Shown piece by piece: positions 1 to 10,900 of a stretch of 64,000 nt of DNA (position 1 is its first letter; each line of letters opens with the position of its first letter). Origin of the DNA: Macrostomum lignano (Eukaryota); NCBI GenBank assembly GCA_002269645.1, contig NIVC01002744.1, positions 1-64,000 of the forward strand, written 5' to 3'. The position numbers and the translations under genes are program-made. The notes beneath the pieces are model-generated. The model was not told where the DNA came from. It did no database searches and was given only the letters and a program-made list of their open reading frames with translations.

Positions 1-350
1 CGTCAGGTCGGGTGGCAGGAGGCGCATACGCGCAGATCAGCCGAGCGTTCGCAGAAGTCGATCCGAAGCAGTCGGTCAGACAGGGAGATGCAGCGACAGC
101 TCTGCTGCAGCCTCGTTCCAACCAGCGCTTTAACTCCTCCATGGCCTCGTTGGTCCGCCGAAGTGTACCAGAGAGTCCAACTGGCCTAGGTCCTTACAAT
201 GAATTCCCGGGTCGGCCCTGATGGACGCCTCTTGCAGCGAGATGACATCGCATCTTAGATCGAGCGCTAGCTGCGCATTCCTCTCACCCTTGCCTTGAGA
301 GTGCGGCAGTTCAGCGTCCCGATGATGTGTTCCTTATTACCCGACTTGTG
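1..350 (-). mobile_element. Degraded non-LTR retrotransposon (LINE) APE endonuclease fragment, running off the window start
   Basis: Minus-strand translation across a stop and frameshifts gives IIGTLNCRTL...DVISLQE...GHGGV...LICAYAP, the APE endonuclease motif order. The 5' UTR/ORF1 probably extends to about 1070. Confidence 0.8.
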
Positions 351-2470
351 ATAATCAAGGAGCACTCACTTCTAGCTCTGTAGCTAGGCAACCCAGTAAT
401 AAAATGAAGGATCTCTTGAGTAGTCCTCGATCGTTGACTGTAGTTCTGGTACGGTTCTCAGTTGACCAATAGATCAATTGGCCAGGCGCTTTGTCTCTTC
501 AGTAGTCCTGGTCCAGGTTCTTCTTCGGAATTGTCGTCGGCCGGTATCTGTAGTTCGGACCAATAGGAAGCTTCCAATTACAATGGGTACCCTGCGCCAA
601 ACTGCGGTCTTAATTAAGCCTCCTTCTTCTAGCAGTGCCTCTATGCACTCTAGGAATAGCTCCGGAAACCACTGATAGTCTTCTAAGATCTATCAGGGGC
701 AGTCCTTCTGGAGACTGCAACCAGTGGAGTCTAAACCGACTCAAGAGTCTCAACAGACTCAACTAAACTCAAGTCACACTAGACTTGAGCGAGACGTCTC
801 TAACAACAACGGGCGCAAATAAGGAAGGCTTACCGCAACAATCGACCGAGTCTTGGTCCAGGAAGTCCGACTGTGGCTTCCTCTTCGGAGCTCTTCTCCT
901 TCCGGAGGAATTGTTGGCTCTGGGTCCGTTCCGGACCACTTGTATTTATAGGCGTTCAGACCTCTCTCGAGGTCGTACATCACTGTCTTCGCAAATGTCA
1001 AAGGGTCACGATTCGGTGGCTGTCAAGCATGACAGGGTAGAAAGTTGCGCAACTAGTCTACTGTAAAAGCGCATGATTGGTTACCGTAGCTGGTAGACTT
1101 TGATTGGTTCAACCGGTGCAACCCGAGTGCAAACCAAATGATGACTTGAAGGTGGGGTTTGAATTGACAGTTGTTGGTCGCACGTGATTGGGTGATTTCT
1201 AAAATTAGCATGCTCGAGATTTCTCTCTTTCTATTGGTTAATTCGAATATATGTATGGTTCAGCGCATATCCTTTATACATGCTCCTCAATTTACTACTA
1301 TTTAAGTAGTACGTTAACAATTTTAAATAACTTTTCAGGGAGATATAATACTCTACACCGACCCGAAGCGTGCCCTGGCATACAACTGGGGCTCGATGAC
1401 AATGAGCCTCACGGTCTCCGGCGCCACCCGGAAGATCTGATTAGCCAAGGATGGCAGTAGCTCGACGGGCGGAACCTCATTGCCGACCTCGCCGGTTTTG
1501 CTCACGCCGACGTTCAACTCGCTTCCTCGCTCGCTTCCCTGCCCTCGCTTGGTTCTGCTGCTGTTGGCCGCCTCAGCAGTTAAGCGGCTCTCCAACTACA
1601 CCACAGGGAGGTTGCGGAATTTATCTGCACCGCGGTGCAAATATAATAAGTCAAGAGAAACAGACGGCGCTCGTGTACCTCACCATAGCGCTCCAGAGCA
1701 TATCACGAGGAAAGTCCGATAGGCCGTCACACAGCAGCTAATTTCGTGTCGCGGTTGACGTTGATCGCCATGATGGAGAAAAAGCATGCATACTATATTT
1801 TGTACATACATCATGTCAGTATGTTTGTAGTTGGACAGCTTCTACATGTACATGTACATAGTTGATAACGGGCCCTGGGGTACCAAATTCAATAATAACA
1901 ACACAGATTCCGAAAATATTTCCTTTCCGTTTCGTCTTCGTCCCCATACGTACATGTTCATGTAAAATTTAGGGCGACGCCTGACAGCTTATACAGTCGC
2001 ATACGAGACTTGTACATGTGCATACAGGTACCCAACCAGGTGAAACTGTGGAAATTGCATGGCTCTTCGTTTGAACAGGCAAACATGGCAAATGTCAACA
2101 CAGGCATCTATTTTTATAGCCAAACACGTTTCGTGACACTACTTCTTCAGAGCACGTACCATATAATGCACCGCGAGTACATTTATATTTCAAAATGGCT
2201 CAAGAAAATGATTTACAAGCCCTAAAAGTGGAATCCGAAAGAAAGCACAGGGTGAACAAGAAAACATAATGAACAGTACATGTACTACCACCTTGTCTAT
2301 TAATACTTCGTAATAATATCAATTCTGCGTAATTCGCTCGTTTCCCTCAACTGTGCAAATACGTAAGCAGTCAATGTAGCAAGCAACTTTGGCTAGTTGC
2401 TTGCGAGTGTTTTATGTAGTTAGCCAGAATTCAGCTCAAAAAAGGAGTCGAGTGTGGCTGTGCCTGTGTA

Positions 2471-2505
2471 CAGTTGCGCCCCCCCCCAAGTCTGCGCCGC
2501 CACTG
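2471..2505. mobile_element. 35-bp minimal hAT-type MITE remnant
   Basis: Ends CAGTTGCG...CGCCACTG, flanked by an exact 8-bp direct repeat CCTGTGTA (2463-2470, 2506-2513). Confidence 0.65.
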
Positions 2506-3474
2506 CCTGTGTATTTATTGTCTGACTGAACCGGTTTTCTGTTCCATCAGAGTGCACACGGTGATATGCTCGAGTCAGGGAATCGGGTAGACTGCAGAGT
2601 CACTGCAGGTGCAAACTGCCTCTCTCTGGGCGAGCCCATTGTTGCAGCGTGGATGTTCAATAAAACCGAAGTGAGACGAGAGCCCATTGTTGCACCCAAG
2701 CGCGTGTATGCGCTGAGCACTCCGAAAAAAATTTCTTTTATTCGCAGCCAGACTTCCTGCGCAGTCTGCGTCTCTGTGTGCAAAGCACTATTGTAATGGT
2801 AAACCTAAATAATAAAAAACCATAAAAACCAGACTTTACTAATATAATGCAGTTTTTTGACTCACTACTGCATTATTTACATGACCATGTTAAATTTAGG
2901 TAAATGGCGCGTTTAGCAGTGATTTCAAAGGATCTAAACTCGAAAAGCCCTCTTTTAGTTCGACTTTCAAGCGACACAGAAAGTTCACCCAATGCCATCG
3001 GCATGATCCTCGCTAAGGGCCTCAGCACAATACCAGCATAGAGCAGCTGCTCGAGTCAAATATTGTTTAAATCAATTATAAAATAGGGATGAACAGTCTG
3101 AATAGTATTTTGATAAATATGAGCCGTTAAATAAAGAGGGGTTATGCTGTTGTGAGCTGAGTATAAAATAGCTCGTATTAAGCTGGTGAACGCACTTTTC
3201 GTATAATTTAAAAATCATATCCTAAGTTTTCGTATGCCATGATGCGATTAATTTTTGCGCTGCGATTGAAGCGACTTTCGTTTTCCAATATTCGCAAGTT
3301 TAATTTTACAATCGCCAAGAAGAGGACATGAATAAGTCAAAGTCGTAAATTTGCACAAAGGGCTATTGACCCTTTGATCTTTCTATTGACGTGAAAATTC
3401 GAATCAACCATTTTAACGGCAAAGAATTAAATGGTTTAAAAATCTAGCGATGCAAAGTATATCAGCACGGAGTC

Positions 3475-4671
3475 TCAAAAATTTTCCGAGCTGACATTCA
3501 GCCGCATCTGCGGGTCGATGTACACCTCGTCCAGCTGCCTGGAGAGCGTGTTGTGCTCGCAAATCCACTCGCCAGGACTGCGTCGATAGCGCAGCCTGCG
3601 GGGCGCCAGAGCCGACATCCGGTAGAACGACACGGCCTGGAAGCAGCTCCCCACCTTCACCGGCGGCAGGCTGCGCGGCGCGAACCGAACCGACTTCTCG
3701 TAGTCGACCACCGGGTACTTTTTGTCCTCGCCGAAGTGCTTGTTCGAGTAGAAGCTCAGCGTGCACGGGTCGTACAGGTGGGTGTTGAAGGTGGAATGCG
3801 CGCACAGCTGCTGCAGCTTAGGCTTGGCCGCAAAGTAGTAAAGTCCCTGGGTGATGCTGTCCAGATCCCACTCTTTCCAGCTGATGTCCGGATCCATTAT
3901 CAACAGAAACGTTGCTCGATCGGCCAGGTGATCGTAGATGTAGTCCATGTACATGTTGCGCAGGGCGGACATCATCAAGCCGCGCTCGACCTCCTCCGGG
4001 AAGCTGCGGTAGTGATACGGACCGGGCCGGTGCTCGCGCTTGGTGCTGTATCGGTAGTTGGTCTTGCACGGCAGCGGGGAGTTGATCCGGCCGCAGCCCA
4101 GCAGCCACATGTTGGGATCAGTCAACGTCATGTTGTACAAGAAGCTGCGGGTCAAGTCTGTCGATTCGTTTTCCACCATCACCACCCAGGACTCACTGAA
4201 CAGAGCTCTGAGGCGCTGAACGTAATGCATGGTGCTCGGTAGGCCGGCCATGCCGTTGCGCACCGTGGCTGCTACCACCACCGACTGGCTGCGGATCCAA
4301 GCCCTGCCAGCTGCTGCTCGGTACGCCCAGTTCTCCTCGTCCTTGGAGAGCCGCATGAGCGGCAGCAGCACGCCCTGTCTGTCGAAGCGGTACATAGACT
4401 CATCCATGCTGCGGAACAATTCCTTGTAATTCTCATAAAATTCGTAGCGCTGCAGCGTTTTTGGCAGCCCGATTTTAGCAGCTGAAGAACTTGAATAAAT
4501 TGTATTTACATGTACATGTTGTCGGTTGTACAGACTAAACAGGGCGAAAGTGACCACAGCTCCGACGCACAAGCCACTCAGAAATGGGAGTTTGATTGAC
4601 AGGAGGAAACATGTGCCTCCTCTGTCTCTTTGTGAGCAGATGAGACTTCTCCGATTGCAGAGAGCTCGCAT
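3475..4671 (-). CDS. Intronless type II membrane GT-A fold glycosyltransferase (GT2-like / CAP59-CMT1 GT69-related), 398 aa
   Basis: Open 398-aa ORF with an N-terminal TM segment (FLSGLCVGAVVTFALFSLY). Motifs VVVAATVRN, VENESTDLT, SALRNMY, DxD (MDPD), VKVGSCFQ, CEH and VYIDP occur in the family order. Confidence 0.8.
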   Translation of the reverse strand: MRALCNRRSLICSQRDRGGTCFLLSIKLPFLSGLCVGAVVTFALFSLYNRQHVHVNTIYSSSSAAKIGLPKTLQRYEFYENYKELFRSMDESMYRFDRQGVLLPLMRLSKDEENWAYRAAAGRAWIRSQSVVVAATVRNGMAGLPSTMHYVQRLRALFSESWVVMVENESTDLTRSFLYNMTLTDPNMWLLGCGRINSPLPCKTNYRYSTKREHRPGPYHYRSFPEEVERGLMMSALRNMYMDYIYDHLADRATFLLIMDPDISWKEWDLDSITQGLYYFAAKPKLQQLCAHSTFNTHLYDPCTLSFYSNKHFGEDKKYPVVDYEKSVRFAPRSLPPVKVGSCFQAVSFYRMSALAPRRLRYRRSPGEWICEHNTLSRQLDEVYIDPQMRLNVSSENF

Positions 4672-6614
4672 AGCTGACCGTCAAGCATCCGTTTTAGTGC
4701 TTGATGAGACGTGCCGGTATTTGTCGTTTGTATTTGTCAGTGATGAAGTATCGAATCAGAGACTTTCCGCTGTTTTTTTAGGAATCTTAACACCTTCTAG
4801 CAATATATAAAAATTTTTTCACCCTTTCGTAGGCGCAAAGGCGCAAAAATTATTTGAGATTGCTACCATAGTAAAACAAAGTAATCAACCTTTTTTTGTA
4901 CTTCGTAGGTTGGAATTAACTTTTAATGTCTCTGAGTGTGTATTCCCATGATATGATGACAACGATTAAAATAATTTAGGTGTACTCATAAATTATCTTT
5001 TCGTTCGTTTTCACTTGATTTTTAAACATTACGCAGTTCGGTTTTTTAATTAGACCTAGCCTTAACCTAGCCTAACCTCTTGCTAGGTCAAGTAAGGCAA
5101 GGGAGAGTTGGGACGGGATGGTTAGGGTTAGGCCCTAGCCCCTAGGCCATGGCTTAAGCTTAAGTAATGGATGCTGTATTGCTGAGATACTATCATTGTG
5201 TATATCAACCCATTTAGAATTCTAATTTCTAGGATGCTGAGCCTAAACCAAAAGGCCAAAGACAAGGCTTAAACTCAAAAGGGGTGCTTAGGTGCTAGGC
5301 CCCTAATATCTATCTAGGCCCTAGGGCTTGGTCATGAATTCTCATTTTTCATTGGTCATGAAAATTTCGAATTTTGTGATTAGGAAGGCCTAGGCCTAAT
5401 GTCTTAATAAAATCACTTTGTAATTTTTTATTTAATTTAAATTATTATGTTATATTATATTTTTTATATCACTGAGGTAGCACTTTTGTGTTTGACTATA
5501 TATGACCTTGTGTGAGTGTATACCATAGTTTAGATTGTGTATTAGTATACACTGGGTTTAATGTTAGAAAGAATTACAAGACCTTGTTTATTTGCTGGGT
5601 TTGTGCACTAATACAAAAAAATTATCATTTGACATAATATATCTACTGTGTGTCATATATGCTGGGATATACCCTAGTGTATGCTGAAAAATGGTAAGAC
5701 CCTTGTTGTATACTCGGAAATCCTGGCATATATGTTGCCTTCCAAACTAGTATATGGCCAAAGGTAGTGCATGTAATAAAACTAATAAGTAGCATATAGT
5801 GTCCTAGTATTTGAATGATAATATCCTCTGCTATGTTTGCTTTGTTGTCTTGTAAATGATACCTTGGATTTCCTCATAATCTACCATATGTCTTTGAGTA
5901 TAGCACTTATAGCCTACTTTATGTCTAAGCCTTCTCTTCTTGGTTAGGCATTCTATATGGCTCAAATATACTAGCAGAATAGGTCCCCATTTTGCACATC
6001 TTTCAATGGCTATATACATTGTATTGGATGCTTGATTGAGACAGCTAATGGTCTACCTCTGTTTTTTATATAGTCACAAAAGTGCATCTAGTGCATGTTC
6101 AATAGATTTGCTAGGGACATATTTGATTTGCATCTGAAATTGCTAAAGGTAAAGTTCTAAGTGTCTAGGCCCTAGTTGCTATGGAAGATTCTCCATATAA
6201 GCAGTCTTCTAAATAGAATATGATTTACTCAATAGAGTAGGTCTTTGTGCCAAGTATAAGAATTGCTCCAATGTTCTAAGTGTTATATATTGCTAGAAGT
6301 TCTAGATAGGTGATAGCATATGTAGCATCTTATAGCATCTTGTAGCTACTCATATTTACTAATAAAAGCTATGGGCCACTCATTACCATGTCATCTTTTT
6401 GTGACAGCATAGTGCCTATTCCCTATGTGGAAATGTTGCTAGTTACTATGAACTATTTGCTAAAATCTAAGACTAGTTGCATAGTTTCTGATGATATAGC
6501 AAATTAATTAGATGTAACATGATAATCATGTTGCTTGCTTGATATGATGACTAAACTCTACACTGACCTTGATCTAGCACTTTTTCTTTTTACATGTAGC
6601 AGTATGGTGTTGTC

Positions 6615-7260
6615 TAGTGTTCTGCCATAAGGAGGGTCCATGTACCATAGCTGTAGCCATAAGCAAAACTACAGCTTATTCCAATCCTCCATATTCTATA
6701 GCCGTAGGGACCCCAAAATTACCATATTCCCATAGTTCCCGTAGCTATAGCCATAGTTTTAACAAAAAGTCTAAAAAATAAAATATTTTGAATCAAGACA
6801 ATAACCTAGTGCTTAAACAACAGCAAATTAAATTAGAAAATAAAAGAAACACTTGATTGCCTTTGTAAGATTATATTTTGTCTTTTTTCAGAGCAACAAT
6901 GCTTAATCATTACTGAAAGTACTAATGCTAAACTTTTTCACATTAATAAAAATTAGAGTTTGCTAGTGTTTTATTGTACTTTTTTAGTTATATTTTATAA
7001 GTTTCTAGGTTGATAATACAGTTTACTAAAAGTATTTTTGTTTTACTCTAACTGTTTCTAATATTTTTTTTCAATTTTTTAACATTAATAACTACAGCTA
7101 TGGGAATCTACCGAATGTGACAGCAACTACCATATTTCTGTAGTCGTAGCCATAAGAGCAGCTAGCTACCATAGGCATACCCGTAGCTGCCATAGGCACC
7201 TATTTTACCATATTTGCCATAGGATCTCGTAGCCATAGCTACGGCTACGGTGGAACACTA
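6615..7260. mobile_element. hAT-type MITE, CpG-decayed
   Basis: TIRs TAGTGTTC(T/C)(G/A)CC and an exact 8-bp TSD GTGTTGTC (6607-6614, 7261-7268). Internal TAGCCATAG/TAGCCGTAG subterminal repeats. Confidence 0.75.
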
Positions 7261-7958
7261 GTGTTGTCTAGCATGATTCTGATAGTCAGGGAACTAGATA
7301 TAATAGGTTTTAGTCAAGCAAGCAAGTTAGTTGACAAAATGCAGAGCAATGCATGGTTTGAGTGGGGCAAGGTTATCTGGACAGGGTAAGGCTATTGGCT
7401 TGGCCCTCAAACTTCAACTTTGTTATTTGTCCTTTAGTATAAAGCTGGTGGTCTGACTGGATAGCCTTGGTCAAGATGAAAGCTAGCCACCATTTTTTGC
7501 TGCAATGCAATAATGAAATTGTAATGAAATGAAGTGGTATAGGCCTGTGACAAAAGGACTATGAACCCAATAAATATATACTTAGAAAGTAGTTTTATGC
7601 TTGAGCAAAAATAATGAAAAATCATGTTTACTTATTACTTTTTTCATGCAAAGTTGCCACAATCTGTTTTTTCACTAATATCAATGATTTTTGCCTTGTA
7701 TATAGTGACCCAGGTAATGATAAAATTTGAATAGTATCAATATTGACTATAATCTAGACATATTAGTTGTGAAATTTTCCTTATTTACTTGCAATAATAA
7801 TCTTTGATTATAAAGTTAGTATTTTCCAAAGCCAATTTTTTTACCTTTTTGTTGCAAAAAGTCTTTCAAATGTCTAAATTTAACTGCTTACTATATAAAT
7901 TTTTATGCAGTTATAAATAATCATATTTTCATGAACAAACCCTGATTTAGTGCGGCTA

Positions 7959-10900
7959 ATGGCTTCAGAATCAAAGACTGATAGCAAAGAGCTTCTTAAA
8001 GAAGCTTTGCTAGAGAGTAAGAAGAGAGAGCAACTGCTCATGCCAAGGCTTACTACAAAAGAGCGAGAGCTATGCCAGTGTTTGGTGAGCCAATTGTAGT
8101 TGTCACTGTTGTAAAAATCTTATGTAAATTTGTGGTTTACCTTCAATCAAATAAAGTATATTTATCATTGTACATTTTGCTTCCTTTTACATAGTTTCAT
8201 CAGTTTTAGTTCCTGCTTGACAAATCTGATAATTTGTCACTTGTTATGTGGTCATTAGCCACCCACCATCTGGTCATTAGGCACTCGCCATCTGGTCATT
8301 AGCCATCCACAATCTGGTAGTTAGCAACCTGCCATCTGGTCATTAGTGACCTGCCATTTGGTCATTAGCAACCTACCATTTGGTCATTAGCAACCTACCA
8401 TTTGGTCATTAGCAACCTGCCATTCAGTCATTAGCCACCCACTATCTGGTCCCCACTGAAAAATAGGGAAGGATTTTGGTTTGGATTTTTTAGTTTGGCT
8501 TGTCAATATTCTCTGTATCCATTCAGTGGGAGAATATCTAGTCATTTCTTTGGATAAGGGATGCCAACTTTACATATCCGGATGTTTTGATTCAGACATT
8601 TTGTTTGTAGGCCTATACATAGATTGAATTTGGACCTAAGTCCAGAAATGTATCTGGATATAAGGCCAGATTTGAGCCATATATCCAGATGTTTTGTTTG
8701 GATACAAGTATTGCATTTTTATCTGGACGAAATGGCCAGATATGTAGATTGAATCTGGACATAAGTCCAGAAATGTATCCAGCTATATATTGGGCCAAAT
8801 GATCCAATTTTCACATTAATCTAGTTTTCCGATAGATAATGCAGTATATTTGCTGCTTCATTTGTATGAATAAATTCTGTCAATTCAAATGAATAAATTG
8901 TAGCAATTCTTTTGCACATTTTAGTTGACAAAAAGGAAAGATGATTAAATTATATGTTAATATATATTTGATGCTAATAAAAGTGTAAAGATATTATTAA
9001 ACAACAAGGAAATAAACAAGTAACAGAAACATTGTCAAAATTGATCAAATGCTAATAGAGAGCTTGTGGAAAACAAGTAGTTAAACACAGTTTGTGGTAA
9101 ACAGTTAGTTAGATACAATTATTAATAAAAAATAGAAAGGCAAAATTAGTGGCAACAAGTAGTTAGTAATTAGTGGTTTCTAGAAAGAGGCGAGTATTAT
9201 TAGACAGCCAGACTGCTGTTGTAGAACATTTGTTATTGAAATATGCTGATTAAATTGGAACGTACTGTGGTGACTTGGCCAGGGGCATAGCCAGGAATTT
9301 CCTACAGGGGGGATACACCAAGGTGAATTTTCTACAGGAGGGATACACCAAGGTAAAAGTGCTACGACAGAGTCACATGGTAGCATGTATAGCAACAAAG
9401 GGCAATAAAAAAGTTTTGGTCAGGCTCTTCTGGGGGGATACATCCCCCCTATCCCCCCCTCCCTATGCCCCTGGATTTGGCTTGAGTTGAGTGGGGTGCT
9501 GGGGGGTTATTCGTTTGCGTTCACTTTCCATCGTACTGCGATTCATCTCGCTCCTTAGTTTACTCTGTTGTGCATACGTATACGTGACTAATAAATTTGC
9601 AGTCTCCTGAATTATTGATTGGTTAAAATATTATTTCCATAAATATACAGACAGATTCATCATGCTACCGTTAATCATCGCTTTACAATCAAAACCTATG
9701 TGAAGTCTTTACATGTACAGCATCGAGATCAGTCATCAGTAATCTCAATATCAGTAGCAGTAGTCGTTAGCTGTTTCGCTGGTGTTTGCTGCTCTGGCCA
9801 CAGAATATACACAGAATGGTGAATTAGCTCTCTCGCCAAAAAATCTTGCTCCGAAACTATATTCGCGATATGCTGCTAATGATGAGGTGCGTGATAAGTA
9901 GTAGATTTAGGCAGCTAGTGCCATAGACAGCGGTTAGGTGAGCTGTCCACAGAATATACTGTATATACTGTGTATACTCTGGAGCTGTCAGCCGATGCAA
10001 TATTTTCGATAGCAAGCGGCAGCATGAATCTGTGGCATGAATGCTAAGACAAAATCCAAGATCCAATGCGCAGCTTACGGGTGCCCGCACTACGCAAATA
10101 AGTGCCCACCGCAGACGCGCTTCCATCGCTTTCCAGCGGATAGAAATCGGTAAGAGCCATTACAATTGCAAGTAGTGTAAATTAGATAAGTTGACATAGA
10201 AATACAATATTGCGCTTTAGATGCTTTTACGCTTATCCTTATCTCTTTACATTGACTTTTAATACATATAGCCTAGGGCGCTTAGCTTAATCTACGTCAA
10301 TTTAATTGCACTACTTTTCGCCACCTCATCATTAGTAGTCTATGAACATTTTATTCCGATAACTAGTTTAAGCGCTGATTCACCATTCTGTGTGTATTCT
10401 GTGGCTCTGGCTCTGTCTGCTCTCTTCTGCTTCTGTTACGCGCATTAGTACGCGCATTACTACTAATAAGCTTCCGATCTTCCTCAGGCTTTTAGTTGTA
10501 AATGGAAGTTACGCGACAGCGTTTAAAACAATCGTGAACATCGTCTTCTTCTAGTGTCACGCCTTTTCGACTGCAGTAGGCAGCCACGATCTCTAGTTTT
10601 GCTGAATTGGCAATATGAATGCGTGGCCCAGGGGCTCCAATTCCACGGGAGGCGACGCGGCGGCCTGAAAACGTTGTCGTCAAAAATTCATCATTTGAAA
10701 AGACGGCGCGGAGAATTCGGCGAATAAAAGCGAACTTCGTCCGCTGCAGCTTCGTTTTTTGCTGTTCCGTCGCCTCCGTTGTTTGCGCACCCATCGTTGC
10801 TGCATGGGCAACAACTCAGTTAAATTTTTTTCTATGGCTGTGCGGTCCTGCAGCGTGACAAGTAACTTTGCAAACTCCGCGTCCGTCTCTGACAGTGTTG

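Noticed and set aside
1251-1741. Cluster of short overlapping ORFs in a GC-rich patch
   Set aside because: No recognisable domain or consistent splice structure, so it is left unassigned.
5040-5400. Telomere-like GGTTAGGGTTA motifs (also 19820-19890)
   Set aside because: Only 1-2 imperfect units embedded in probable TE remnants, not a telomeric array.
5400-6600. Possible decayed coding sequence (ORF 5831-6019)
   Set aside because: Too many stops and no family motif I can identify with confidence.
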